DNA of 64,000 nucleotides, taken from the IMG/VR virus record IMGVR_UViG_3300035183_001031; one strand, written 5' to 3'. Shown here piece after piece: positions 14,282-24,584 of the stretch. The stretch comes from an uncultured virus (IMG/VR IMGVR_UViG_3300035183_001031) (lineage: Duplodnaviria > Heunggongvirae > Uroviricota > Caudoviricetes). A program made the translations under genes and the position numbers. Within the stretch, counting starts at the first letter, position 1; each line of letters begins with the position of its first letter. The notes beneath the pieces are model-generated. The model saw nothing but the letters and a program-made list of their open reading frames with translations, ran no database searches and had not been told where the DNA came from.

Positions 14282-15610
14282 ATGGTTCGAAAGAAGATCC
14301 TGTGGTTGTCTGACCACCCGCTTGTCCCCTCAGGGGTCGGTATCCAGGCCAAGTACGTCATCAGTGGTCTCTTGAAGACCGGTGAGTATCAGTTCATCTG
14401 CTTTGGAGGTGCGATCAGGCATCCCGATTACAGACCGCAGATGGTTGCTCCTGAGGAGTTCGGCCAAGGTAACTGGATCATCCATCCTGTCGACGGGCAT
14501 GGAAACAAAGAGCTCCTTCGAAAGTTCCTCGCAGAGGAGAGGCCTGACGCTGTCGTCCTCTTCACTGATCCACGGTTCTTCCAGTGGGTCTGGGAGATGG
14601 AGGACGAGGTTAGGTCGGTCTGCCCGATTGTGTACTGGCACGTCTGGGATAACGATCCGATCCCAGAGTTCAACCGGGCGATCTATAATGCCACCGACTT
14701 CATCATGACGCTCTCTCTTAAGACGTACGGAATCCTTCAGGGACTAAACTATCCGGAGGAACGGTACGCATACGTGCCACACGCGGAGCCGGCAGACCTG
14801 TTCAAGCCGCTTGATCCGGCAATCATCACAGAGACTAGGCGAAAAAATTTCGGCCCATTTGCGGATCGAGAGTTCATCGTGATGTGGAACAATCGAAACG
14901 CTCGCCGTAAGATGACCGGTGACGTTATCGAATCGTTTGCCAGGTTTGCCAAGAAGGTCGGTCGACAGAAGGTCGCCCTCCTGATGCACACTCAGGCTGA
15001 TGACCAGGAGGGCCAGGACGTTCGGGCCAACGTAAAGCAGCTCGGCATCGAGGACCTCTTCATCCTCTCAGAGCAGAGGGTCCCGCCGGAGCAGCTGAAC
15101 GTGATGTATAACTGCGCTGACTGCGTGATCAACATCTCGAATAACGAGGGGTTCGGTCTTGGTACGCTCGAGGCGCTCTATGCGGGTACTCCCATTGTCG
15201 TCAACATGACCGGTGGGTTGCAGTTTCAGATCGGAGACTGGTGGCAGGACCTGAAGGATTTTAGTGACCAAGATAGGCTTACGAAGATCGCTCGGCAGCG
15301 TCGGTCCACTCATAGGTGGTGGGGCCAGCCGGTGTTTCCGGTGGCGCGTAACCGAGTCGGCTCCCAATCTGTGCCTTACATCTACGATGATCGTGTGAAT
15401 GACGACGACGTCGCCGCTGCTCTAGAGAAAGTCTTCAGGATGGGTCGTGCTGAGAGGAAGAGGCTCGGGCTGCAGGCTCGGGAGTGGGCCTCGAAGACCT
15501 TTGGGATGCAAGAGATGATCGACGGTTGGCGGAACGGTTTGGAACGTGCGATCTCTCAGTATGCGGTGCAGAGGGGATCTCGAGGATCTATCCGTCTGGC
15601 GACTGTGTAG
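14282..15610 (+). CDS. glycosyltransferase family 4
   Basis: LSDHP..SGVG, NRNARRK, ADCVINISNNEGFGLGTLEALYAGTP. Confidence 0.9.
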   Translation: MVRKKILWLSDHPLVPSGVGIQAKYVISGLLKTGEYQFICFGGAIRHPDYRPQMVAPEEFGQGNWIIHPVDGHGNKELLRKFLAEERPDAVVLFTDPRFFQWVWEMEDEVRSVCPIVYWHVWDNDPIPEFNRAIYNATDFIMTLSLKTYGILQGLNYPEERYAYVPHAEPADLFKPLDPAIITETRRKNFGPFADREFIVMWNNRNARRKMTGDVIESFARFAKKVGRQKVALLMHTQADDQEGQDVRANVKQLGIEDLFILSEQRVPPEQLNVMYNCADCVINISNNEGFGLGTLEALYAGTPIVVNMTGGLQFQIGDWWQDLKDFSDQDRLTKIARQRRSTHRWWGQPVFPVARNRVGSQSVPYIYDDRVNDDDVAAALEKVFRMGRAERKRLGLQAREWASKTFGMQEMIDGWRNGLERAISQYAVQRGSRGSIRLATV

Positions 15611-15618
15611 GAGGAACG

Positions 15619-15948
15619 ATGTTTGAGTTGAGACCAACGAACAAGTGGGTCGTGATCGATCCCGTCAAAGAAGATGAGAGGGTCGGTAAGGAGGGCATCA
15701 TTATTGCTCCGAGCAATGCATTGGCTAAGCAGCATCGATTGGCACAGATAGTCGCTAAGGATGACTGTGATGAAGCTAGGTCATTCTCGGTCGGTGATCT
15801 GGTGTTTTACGATGTGATCGGTGCCGTAGAAGGTCGCGTTGGAAACCAGAGCTTTACGATGGTGAGCGCCCGAAATATCATGGCTGTCATTCGGCAGAAG
15901 GAACAGGCCGAGCGGTCAACCGATGTTATTGCGGAGACTCGCGGATAA
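15619..15948 (+). CDS. groES: GroES-like co-chaperonin
   Basis: LRPTNKWVVIDP, GIII mobile loop, VGDLVFY, NIMAVI; AGGAGG RBS. Confidence 0.75.
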   Translation: MFELRPTNKWVVIDPVKEDERVGKEGIIIAPSNALAKQHRLAQIVAKDDCDEARSFSVGDLVFYDVIGAVEGRVGNQSFTMVSARNIMAVIRQKEQAERSTDVIAETRG

Positions 15949-16946
15949 TGCCAGTCCTCGTCACCGGCGGAGCCGGATTCATCGGAAGTAACCTCGTAGA
16001 TGAGCTTATGACGTTGGGTCACGAGGTCAGGGTCCTCGATGACCTCTCGGAAGGTAAGGTCGAGAACCTAAGACGTTGGAGCGGGAACAGGAAGTTCGAC
16101 TTCATTAGAGGCAGCATCTTGGACTTTGATCTGGTCCGACGGGCCTGCGATCATGTCACCTGTGTGTTCCATCTGGCGGCTGATTCTCGTATCCAGACCG
16201 GGATCACCAATCCTCTACATTCGTTCATGACGAACGTCCAAGGGACGGCCAACGTGGCCGAGGCCGCCCGGCAGATGGGAGTCAGGAGGGTGGTTTACTC
16301 AGCCAGCTCTTCCGCCTATGGTCGTCGAAGCGATCATCTCTTGGACCAAGGTATCCCGTTGCACGAGGACCTGCCGACGGACTGCCTCAACCCATACTCG
16401 ATGAGCAAGAAGGCGGGTGAGGAGATCATGGATGTGTACCATAGGCTCTATGGCCTCTCGACCGTCAGCCTTAGGTACTTCAACGTCTACGGTCCTCGTC
16501 ACCAGGAGGAGGGGCGGTACGCGACAGTCATCGCCATCTTCCGCAAGCAGCTTCGTGAGGGCAAGAGGATGACGATCGTCGGTGACGGCGAACAACGACG
16601 TGACTTCACCTTCGTCGGTGACGTTGTAAGGGCCAACATGATGGCCATGATGAATTGGGAGGCGACCGGTGTCTTTAATATCGGCACCGGGAAGAACTAT
16701 AGCATCAATGAACTTGCCCGTGTGGTGGCCGGCAAGCACGACTGTCATCTCTCCCAGGAGGAGTGGGATCGCCTCGTCGAGTACATCCCACCGCGTCTCG
16801 GTGAGGCCAGGATCACCTTGGCCGACAACGCCAAGGCCGCCTCCGTCATGGGATGGAGGCCCCAGATCGACCTCCACCAGGGCCTCCAGGTCCTGGACCA
16901 GTATGAGAAGAAGATGGGGACTGGCTCCCGTATCATCCTTCCCTGA
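15948..16946 (+). CDS. NAD-dependent NDP-sugar epimerase/dehydratase (extended SDR)
   Basis: VTGGAGFIGS, SSSAYG, YSMSK, RYFNVYGP, RDFTFV. Confidence 0.93.
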   Translation: MPVLVTGGAGFIGSNLVDELMTLGHEVRVLDDLSEGKVENLRRWSGNRKFDFIRGSILDFDLVRRACDHVTCVFHLAADSRIQTGITNPLHSFMTNVQGTANVAEAARQMGVRRVVYSASSSAYGRRSDHLLDQGIPLHEDLPTDCLNPYSMSKKAGEEIMDVYHRLYGLSTVSLRYFNVYGPRHQEEGRYATVIAIFRKQLREGKRMTIVGDGEQRRDFTFVGDVVRANMMAMMNWEATGVFNIGTGKNYSINELARVVAGKHDCHLSQEEWDRLVEYIPPRLGEARITLADNAKAASVMGWRPQIDLHQGLQVLDQYEKKMGTGSRIILP

Positions 16947-16954
16947 AAGGCTCC

Positions 16955-19900
16955 ATGAAGCGAAAGCTTTTGTTCATCGCCCCGGCGCTGACCGCATCGG
17001 GATATGGCGTTCACTCCCGTCAGTTGCTCAAGGCCCTCTATGACTCCGGTGAGTATGACATCGCCGTCGAGTCTCTTAAGTGGGGTGAGACCCCATTCCT
17101 GTGGGATGATGAACTGGCTTGGATCAGGAAGTTGACAGGGCGGAAGCATGCCAATCCAGATGTGGCCATCCAAGTCACGATTCCCAACGAGTTCCGTCGT
17201 CGGGCTCCGTTGATGATCGGAGTGACCGCTGGTATCGAGACCGATCGCGTCACCCCTGAGTGGCTGATCGCCTGCAATAACGAAGTCGATGTCGTCGTTG
17301 TCCCGTCAGAGCACTCTAGGCGTTCGTTTGCTGTGGAGTACCAGGGACAGCGGGGCGAGAAGCTTCGTCTTGAGAAGCCTATCGTTGTAATCCCTGAGGG
17401 CGTTGACACGTCGGTCTTTAAGCCGATGGTCGTCTCCAGCAGTCTTCTCGACGAGCTTGGGGTTCCGGCAAAGAACTTTATCTTTTGTGGACTGGGGCTC
17501 GACAGGCCTGACGGTAGAGATCGAAAGAACGTTACTAAGCTGGTCGAATGGTTCTGTCGTTCGTTTGCAGGGAACAAGAACGTCGGTTTGATCTTGAAGA
17601 CCTCTATCGTCAATGCCTCAATGGTCGACTTTGAGGTGACGAAGAAGAGGGTCTCGGACATTAAACAGGGTACCGGCTGCGGTGAGTATCCAAAGATCTT
17701 CATCCTCCATGGCAGGATGTCTGAGTCGGAGATGGCTGCGGTGTACAATGATCCGAGGGTCATCGCCGCCGTCAGTCTTACCCACGGTGAGGGCTTCGGC
17801 TTGCCCTTGATCGAGGCTGCAGCCTGCGGTACTCCGGTCATGGCCACCGACTGGTCTGGGCACGTTGACTTCCTTACAAAGGAAGGGAAGAAGCTCTTTG
17901 TTCCTGTCGATGCAGACCTTCAGGAGATCTACCCAGAGTGCATCTGGCCGGGAGTCATGGGTCAAGGATCACGTTGGGCGGTTCCGAGAGAGTCGGACGC
18001 GGTCACCAAGATGCAGAAGTTGGTGATGAGCGCTGAGACACCGAGGAAGTGGGCTGAGGAACTACAACAGCACATCCATAGTCGATATTCGCTTGAGGCC
18101 ACCGGTGCGGTCTTTGTAGACTTCGTCAGGAGGGCCTGTGAGGAGGCCTCGATCACAAGGCCGGCTACTCGCGAAAGCCTGATTGCTGCCTTGCGTGGGA
18201 AGGTGCGAGCAAGGGGGAAATCGCTCATCTATACGATGCCGATGTCTGCCGGTGACGTCTTCCTCAGCACCTCGATTGTACGCGAGCTAAAACGTAAGCA
18301 CCATGATCACGTGGTGTATTTCGCTACTTCGACACAGTATTTTCCCATCGTTCAAGGGCTTGACTTCATCGATGAGGTGATCGAATGGCAGCCCTGGATG
18401 CAGGACGTCGGCATCCTTGAGGATGTCTTCGACGAGGTCTACACCCCGAACCTTGCGGTCCAGATGACGTGGTCCAACTGGATCCACGGGGGCAAAGGTC
18501 GGAATCTGATCGAGGAATTTGCCGTCCAATGTAACGTCGATCCGACCAGGCTAGAGAAGCCCACGATGGCTGCCTTACCCGAAGATGATCGTTCGTGGGA
18601 TGAGCTTGAGGGCGGACCCTGGCTGGCGCTACACTCTGGCGGGCAGAAGTCTGCGAGGGCTTATTCCTACTGGAAGGATGTCGTCAGGAACATTCGTGAG
18701 GCTGGCATCAAGGTCGTCCAGGTCGGGGCCTCTGACGACATCTCTGTCGGTGATGTCGACTTGGATATGCGCGGCAAGCTCGGATATAATGAGCTCGGCG
18801 TGTTTCTACTCGAGCAGTGTGACGCGCTTGTCGGCATCGACTCTTTTCCGATGCATGTCGCTTCGGCTTATGGGCTGCCTGTCGTCGCCCTCTTCGGAAG
18901 CTCGTATCCTAGGTCGACGGGTCCGATGGACTTTAAGCTGAGGTCTCTCTCAGATGTTGATTTCTTGGTTGACAAGGAATCTATAGGAAAGGCGGCACGT
19001 CGCCTGAGGATCATTGAGACCCCAGATCGCAATGGATGCGAGAAGGCCTGCTACAAGGATGTCTGTAGGATCGATGCGGGGAATCCTTGTATCAACAACA
19101 TCGCACCTGCAGATGTGTATCGAAGCGTCCTAGAGGCCTGTGGGGTTGAATCGGGGCGCGAGTTTCAGGATTATCGACCAAAGGTTGCCGGGTACACTCA
19201 CATCTTAAATCCCAAGACCCACGGTTATCCATACATCCAAAGTATCGGGAGCATGCTAGGATTCTGCGATGAGGTGATCGTCGTCGATGGCGGCTCAACG
19301 GACGATAGTCGTGAAGAACTTGAAAGATCTTTTAAGGATGAGATCGAAAGTGGAAAGCTGAAGGTCATTCTTCGAGAGTGGGATCCCGACGAGCCTGGCA
19401 TGGATGGCATGCAGAAGGCCTTCGGACGTGCCATGGTGTCTCCTGACATGGAGTTCCTCTGGCAACAGGATGCCGACGAGGTCGTCCATGAGGACGACTA
19501 TGAGAAGATCGTCGATATGTGTAAGAGGTTTCCAAGCGATGTGGACGTGATTCACCTTCCGGTGATCGAGCTCTGGGGAGACCAGCGGACGGTTCGGACC
19601 GACAGACACTCTTGGAAATGGAGACTCAGCAGGAACAACCTGCGTATCACCCACGGTATCAACATCCATGCGCGGGTCATGGACCCAAACACGGGTCGTT
19701 TCTATGCCAAGAAGGGAATGTCGGACGGATGCGAGATGATCGATATCGTGACCGGCGAACACCTACCGCACCGTGGTTTCTATAGTAATGAACTTGACAC
19801 CCTGCGTCAGCAGTCTCCGCAGGAGTATGGGCGGGTCATGAATGAGATCTTTAGGAGGCTTCCGTCGGTCTGGCACTACAGTTGGGCTGACCTTCCCAGG

Positions 19901-20107
19901 AAGGTGCGGAATTTCCGAGACTTCTGGGATAAGCAGTGGCAGGTCCTGTACCAGACTCCACCTGAACCTAGGTTTCCAGACGTCGTTACCGATGAGGATG
20001 TCCTCAAGAAAGCTAAGGAGCTTCGTCAGCGCGGCGGTGAGCACCATGAAGCCGAGACGTTCACCATCGACCGGGAGCCGCCGACAAGCATGAGGGGCTG
20101 GGTGTGA
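16955..20107 (+). CDS. three-domain glycosyltransferase (GT4 + GT9 + GT2-like)
   Basis: EGFGLPLIEAAACG; SAGDVFL...GIDSFPMHVASA..VALFG; DEVIVVDGGSTD...DADE. Confidence 0.88.
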   Translation: MKRKLLFIAPALTASGYGVHSRQLLKALYDSGEYDIAVESLKWGETPFLWDDELAWIRKLTGRKHANPDVAIQVTIPNEFRRRAPLMIGVTAGIETDRVTPEWLIACNNEVDVVVVPSEHSRRSFAVEYQGQRGEKLRLEKPIVVIPEGVDTSVFKPMVVSSSLLDELGVPAKNFIFCGLGLDRPDGRDRKNVTKLVEWFCRSFAGNKNVGLILKTSIVNASMVDFEVTKKRVSDIKQGTGCGEYPKIFILHGRMSESEMAAVYNDPRVIAAVSLTHGEGFGLPLIEAAACGTPVMATDWSGHVDFLTKEGKKLFVPVDADLQEIYPECIWPGVMGQGSRWAVPRESDAVTKMQKLVMSAETPRKWAEELQQHIHSRYSLEATGAVFVDFVRRACEEASITRPATRESLIAALRGKVRARGKSLIYTMPMSAGDVFLSTSIVRELKRKHHDHVVYFATSTQYFPIVQGLDFIDEVIEWQPWMQDVGILEDVFDEVYTPNLAVQMTWSNWIHGGKGRNLIEEFAVQCNVDPTRLEKPTMAALPEDDRSWDELEGGPWLALHSGGQKSARAYSYWKDVVRNIREAGIKVVQVGASDDISVGDVDLDMRGKLGYNELGVFLLEQCDALVGIDSFPMHVASAYGLPVVALFGSSYPRSTGPMDFKLRSLSDVDFLVDKESIGKAARRLRIIETPDRNGCEKACYKDVCRIDAGNPCINNIAPADVYRSVLEACGVESGREFQDYRPKVAGYTHILNPKTHGYPYIQSIGSMLGFCDEVIVVDGGSTDDSREELERSFKDEIESGKLKVILREWDPDEPGMDGMQKAFGRAMVSPDMEFLWQQDADEVVHEDDYEKIVDMCKRFPSDVDVIHLPVIELWGDQRTVRTDRHSWKWRLSRNNLRITHGINIHARVMDPNTGRFYAKKGMSDGCEMIDIVTGEHLPHRGFYSNELDTLRQQSPQEYGRVMNEIFRRLPSVWHYSWADLPRKVRNFRDFWDKQWQVLYQTPPEPRFPDVVTDEDVLKKAKELRQRGGEHHEAETFTIDREPPTSMRGWV

Positions 20108-20164
20108 ACGATCTTAGAGACATTGGCAGCATGTCGTCGAGATGTCCAACGAAGAGTTGAGACG

Positions 20165-20932
20165 ATGGGACTGATCACTGACATCTTTGTGACGATAAAA
20201 CCTGGAAGGGACGAGTTGACCGTCCGCTCCCTTGAGTCACTCCTAAAGAACACGAAGCGAGACGAGTTTCGGCTCACCCTCTGCTTTGATGGTAACAATG
20301 CGGACATCGACGATGATCTTAAGGGCATCACCCATGAATGCGCCGACTACGTCTTGATGTCCAACGAGAATGAGGGTTTGGGTCCGACGATCAATAGAGC
20401 GATCGCACACATCCAGTCGATCAACACCTGGTATGGACATCCGACCCACGGTGATCCATCGAAGGTGGCACCGCTGATCACGATGTGTCAGGATGACCTC
20501 CTCTACACAAAGGATTGGTTGTCGATCTTAGCGTCTAGGTTCTTTGCCTACGAGAAGAGTCTGAGGTTAGGGTTTGCCTCGGGAGTCGAGTGCATCGAGC
20601 ATCCTGTAAGGGATGTCATAGGCAGGCAGCTGGTCACCAAGGACTGGATTAGAGCGTCTCAGATGATGGCCCGGCGGGAGTACTGGATCAGCATGATGCC
20701 GATCCCACGGTTTGATCCAGAGACCGGTAGGGTCCGTGCTAAACCGAACGATGGAATGGGAAGCGGCGTCGATTGGTGGCTTATTCGAAATCACGAGAAC
20801 TCAGTCTGCAGGTCTGGACGCACTAACTTGGTGATGCCTGGATTGGTGGTTCACGCCGGATACGATAAGAGCACGTGGCTCAGTCGGGAGCTTCCTGAGA
20901 GCGATACAGACAAGGAGAGGGTGAAGGGGTGA
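20165..20932 (+). CDS. GT-A fold glycosyltransferase-like protein
   Basis: SLESLLKNT, CFDG, NEGLGPTIN, QDD, VDW, VVHAG. Confidence 0.7.
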   Translation: MGLITDIFVTIKPGRDELTVRSLESLLKNTKRDEFRLTLCFDGNNADIDDDLKGITHECADYVLMSNENEGLGPTINRAIAHIQSINTWYGHPTHGDPSKVAPLITMCQDDLLYTKDWLSILASRFFAYEKSLRLGFASGVECIEHPVRDVIGRQLVTKDWIRASQMMARREYWISMMPIPRFDPETGRVRAKPNDGMGSGVDWWLIRNHENSVCRSGRTNLVMPGLVVHAGYDKSTWLSRELPESDTDKERVKG

Positions 20933-21147
20933 GGTTTCTGCTTGCTTTAGTCATGGTATTCGTGATGTCCTGTACGGTGGCCATGCGTCCAGTCGATGTC
21001 CTAGGACCAGGAATCTACTGTCAACCACTCAGCGAGTATCACCAGCGTTGTTGGGACATGCACCAAAAGCCGTGGATCTGTGATATTCGTGGCATGGGTT
21101 GGGAGTGTCATCGGGAATATCCGATCCTGTGGGGCTATACCAGGTGA
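20929..21147 (+). CDS. small Cys-rich exported or lipoprotein-like protein
   Basis: Hydrophobic signal ending VMSC plus four further Cys. Confidence 0.5.
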   Translation: MRFLLALVMVFVMSCTVAMRPVDVLGPGIYCQPLSEYHQRCWDMHQKPWICDIRGMGWECHREYPILWGYTR

Positions 21148-21165
21148 TAGCGCTCGCTTGAGTCG

Positions 21166-22194
21166 ATGCCAAATCGTATCATCACTGTCTCTTTTACTCC
21201 TTTGGATGCTCCAGGGGGTGTTCCGAAGTTCAATCGGGACCTTCATGCAGCATTTCCTGACCGAGAGTGTCTTCACTTCTCCTGGTGGGACTTTCCATGG
21301 TGCATCGAGATGGAGCATCTCCCTGAATGGGAGAGGGCTCGAACACTGAACCACTACCTGATCCAGTCTAAGAAGATCCGTCCGACGGACGTGGTCATCG
21401 CAGATGGGTTTTGGGCCGATGGGCTCCAACACTTGGAAAATGCCATCAGCCACAGTCACGGCATCTGGTCCCATCTCACGAAGGAAGACGTGGAGGCTGG
21501 GAAGCAGCCCGACATGCCCTACCATCACGCCGCCCAAGTGGCCTTCAGAAGGCGTTGGGTCGATCTTGGTAAACACATCACGGCTGTCTCTGACTTCATT
21601 GCCAATGAGATGGAACGGCAGTGGGGATTCAAGGTCGATCGGGTGATCAACAACGGGGTGGACACTGAGGTGTTCCGTCCGACTGATCGTGATACTGGCT
21701 TGGATGGCCTGCTTATCATCCATGGAGTGAATGACAGGGGGAATGTCAATAAGGGCTGGGATCACATCAGTCTGCTCAAGAATAGCATCTCGGAGGCCAA
21801 TGTCCTCTCATTGGATGAAGCCCAGGCCCTTTTAGGTCGTCATGATGAGTCATGGACAAAGGCTCAGGTTCTGGCGGCTGCAGATATCGTCGTACATCCC
21901 TCTGGTTACGAGGGAAATAGCATGTTTGTCGCTGAGTCCCTTGCCTGTGGAGTTCCTTTCGTAGGATATGATGTTGGTTTCGTCTGGACGGTAAGAAAGC
22001 GCCGCGGCCTTCAGGCTATGCCTCGAGAGAAGAGGTCACCGGAATTGACGGTTGAGACCGTCAAGATGGTTATCGAGAAGCCTGATCTTCTCCCAGTCAT
22101 GGGAGATGTTTCTAGGGAAGTGGCTGAGGAGTATCTCTCGATCGAGAAGTTTCGTCAGGGCTGGCGACAGTATGTAGAGGAGATTGAGGGATGA
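21166..22194 (+). CDS. glycosyltransferase family 4
   Basis: PGGV, AVSDF, INNGVD, KG, ADIVVHPSGYEGNSMFVAESLACGVP. Confidence 0.9.
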   Translation: MPNRIITVSFTPLDAPGGVPKFNRDLHAAFPDRECLHFSWWDFPWCIEMEHLPEWERARTLNHYLIQSKKIRPTDVVIADGFWADGLQHLENAISHSHGIWSHLTKEDVEAGKQPDMPYHHAAQVAFRRRWVDLGKHITAVSDFIANEMERQWGFKVDRVINNGVDTEVFRPTDRDTGLDGLLIIHGVNDRGNVNKGWDHISLLKNSISEANVLSLDEAQALLGRHDESWTKAQVLAAADIVVHPSGYEGNSMFVAESLACGVPFVGYDVGFVWTVRKRRGLQAMPREKRSPELTVETVKMVIEKPDLLPVMGDVSREVAEEYLSIEKFRQGWRQYVEEIEG

Positions 22195-22883
22195 CGCATG
22201 ACGTGTATGTCTTCGGAGACTCTCACTGGAGGGTCTTCTTTCCGTTTGTGAATCACGGGGCTGCGGCTGACAACGTCTCTTACGTCGAACACAACATTCG
22301 TACGATCGATACGATTGCCAACGAACTATCAGGCTCTACGATGTACGGTCTTTTAAATCCGAACAGTCGGCATGGGGCTCGAAATAGGATCCTTAACACC
22401 CTCGACTCTCTTGGCGGGGTTGATAACGTCGGACTGGTCTTCGGCGAGGTCGATGCTCGGTATCACAATGGCAGGTACTTCAAGGATGGCGCGATGTTAC
22501 ATGGAAAGGTCCTCGAGCTCATCTCGAGATACATGCGATTTGTTGAGGAGGATCTGATCCTCTCCGGAAGGGTCAGGGGAAACGTGTTCATCTATCATGG
22601 TTTTCGTTATCCGCAGGGAGTCAACACCCTCCTACAACCTGGGCAGCCGATCGGTCCGAACGTCCGACAGGCCACCGATCTGAACATTCGTGTGAATGAC
22701 GGGGTCCGGGCCATGTGTTCCCTCCTCGGAAATGTCTACGGAAGGGTCCATTGGGTTGGGCAGTCGCATGTTAATGACGACGATGTCTCTACAGACGGCG
22801 TCCATCTCATCCCTGAGAAGATCCAGCCGGCGATCTTTAGACGGATGAGGGAGGTCTTTGATGGTCAGGTGATATCGTCGTGA
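22191..22883 (+). CDS. SGNH/GDSL hydrolase-like protein
   Basis: VFGDSH, FGEVD, DGVHL. Confidence 0.7.
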   Translation: MTHDVYVFGDSHWRVFFPFVNHGAAADNVSYVEHNIRTIDTIANELSGSTMYGLLNPNSRHGARNRILNTLDSLGGVDNVGLVFGEVDARYHNGRYFKDGAMLHGKVLELISRYMRFVEEDLILSGRVRGNVFIYHGFRYPQGVNTLLQPGQPIGPNVRQATDLNIRVNDGVRAMCSLLGNVYGRVHWVGQSHVNDDDVSTDGVHLIPEKIQPAIFRRMREVFDGQVISS

Positions 22884-23548
22884 TTCGAGTCCGGGTGGAT
22901 GACTTTCCGCAAACCAGAGGAGAGCCGCAGCACACCTTGGCCGCCTTTCGAGAGTTTGACAGACGTCTGAGGGAGCATCTTGGTGGGAAGAGGTATCTCC
23001 TTGGGGTCATCCCTGATCGGTGTACCATAGACGATGTCCTGTTTCTTCGGGACGAGACAGATTGCGTCATCGGGATGCATGGCACGGACCATGACGAGGC
23101 GCGCCTTGACAGGAACGGCGGAAATCAGTTTGAGCCGTGGTTGACCGTGACGCAGATCCGTGAGGAGCTGCTCTCACGTCATGTCTCGTTACAGGAGGCT
23201 GTCGGTCGTAAGGTTCAGGTCTATATGCCGCCGAGGAATGTGATCGACGGTAGGACCTATGCAGCCCTGCTTAACTCTCCCATGGTCTGGATCACCAGTG
23301 GACCCGAGACGAATCCGGACATGGTGAGGGGCTCAAGTCGATTCATTTATAGCATGTCTCCGTTGGAGTATGGTCGTACCGATGAGCTCCTTCAGAGGAA
23401 TGCCCATATGCACCTCATCGGTGAGGGAAAGGATCGTGATGTGGTGCTTACGCTGCATTGGACGTGGGAGACGAACATCGGGTTGGAACACATGAGGTGT
23501 TTCTTCGATCAAATCCCAAAGGATCTCTTTGAGGACTTCGATGGCTGA
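22880..23548 (+). CDS. polysaccharide deacetylase-like (DUF2334/NodB fold)
   Basis: RVDD, GMHGTDH, PPRN, LHW. Confidence 0.7.
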   Translation: MIRVRVDDFPQTRGEPQHTLAAFREFDRRLREHLGGKRYLLGVIPDRCTIDDVLFLRDETDCVIGMHGTDHDEARLDRNGGNQFEPWLTVTQIREELLSRHVSLQEAVGRKVQVYMPPRNVIDGRTYAALLNSPMVWITSGPETNPDMVRGSSRFIYSMSPLEYGRTDELLQRNAHMHLIGEGKDRDVVLTLHWTWETNIGLEHMRCFFDQIPKDLFEDFDG

Positions 23549-24584
23549 GATTGTGATTGACCTTCGAGCTGGCGGCGATTGGTCCCTCGACCTGTGCTTC
23601 GCCGGTCTTGTGCAGAATCTTGGGTATGAGAGTGTGATCGATGTCCCGTATAAGCCCAAGCATCGTGAGTGGTGGGATGTCATCAATGGGTTACGGGCTC
23701 CTGACTGGGGGCTTGAACGTCGAACGTTGGGGTTTTCGAATGACGTCTGGGACGATCGACATGCCGGCATCCTGAGGAATGATAAGGAGGTGATCAAGGC
23801 GCTTGATGGCAATGGATTGATTGATCGAATCTGGCTTGACGAGCGGATGGAGAGCTTCCAGAAGTATCGTGAGCTTGGGCTCGATAAGGTCGATGCGAAG
23901 GTCGTCGTGGTTGCTGGCCATGATCGCTTTTGGAACCAATCGCCTCAATTCGTCGCATCACTTTACGGTGATAAGCTGCAGGCGATGCTCCTCGATAACT
24001 GGTATCCCGAGTATGCGAATCTTCCGTTCAAGGTCGGAAACATTCGTTGGTCGACAAACTTCGATCACTACTGGGAGAGGCCCGGGGAACCTCCCGAGAA
24101 GCACATTGATATCTGTTTCGTCGGTTACAACAGTCATCCCGATCGAGCGAGGTTCATCGATCACATTGAGAGGAGATGGGGGCACCTACGCAATCACATC
24201 TATCTTGAGCGCCGCCCAGACTCGTTTGAGGAGTTCTTGCCCAAGAAGATGCTCTTTACGATCATGCAGCAATCAAAGATCTGTCTAAACCTGCGTGGGG
24301 CGGCTGATCGTGGTAAAACGTTGCGGGCATACGAGATTCCGTTCGTCGGCTCTCACATGCTCAGTCAGAGAATAGACGATCCGGGCATGATGGATGATTT
24401 CACTGACGGTTGGCACTGCTCGTACTTTAGCGATGAGTCCGAGTTGGATACCATGATCGACTATCTCCTCTCACATGATGATTATCGTGAGGAGGTCGCC
24501 CGTCAGGGAAACCAGCTTGCGACCACCGCACTTTCTGTAAAGCAGCGTTGGGCCGATGTATTAAGGTGGTTAGATGGGGTCTGA
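23541..24584 (+). CDS. CgeB-like glycosyltransferase
   Basis: DICFVG, R..FI, SKICLN, RAYEIP, REEVARQG. Confidence 0.75.
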   Translation: MAEIVIDLRAGGDWSLDLCFAGLVQNLGYESVIDVPYKPKHREWWDVINGLRAPDWGLERRTLGFSNDVWDDRHAGILRNDKEVIKALDGNGLIDRIWLDERMESFQKYRELGLDKVDAKVVVVAGHDRFWNQSPQFVASLYGDKLQAMLLDNWYPEYANLPFKVGNIRWSTNFDHYWERPGEPPEKHIDICFVGYNSHPDRARFIDHIERRWGHLRNHIYLERRPDSFEEFLPKKMLFTIMQQSKICLNLRGAADRGKTLRAYEIPFVGSHMLSQRIDDPGMMDDFTDGWHCSYFSDESELDTMIDYLLSHDDYREEVARQGNQLATTALSVKQRWADVLRWLDGV

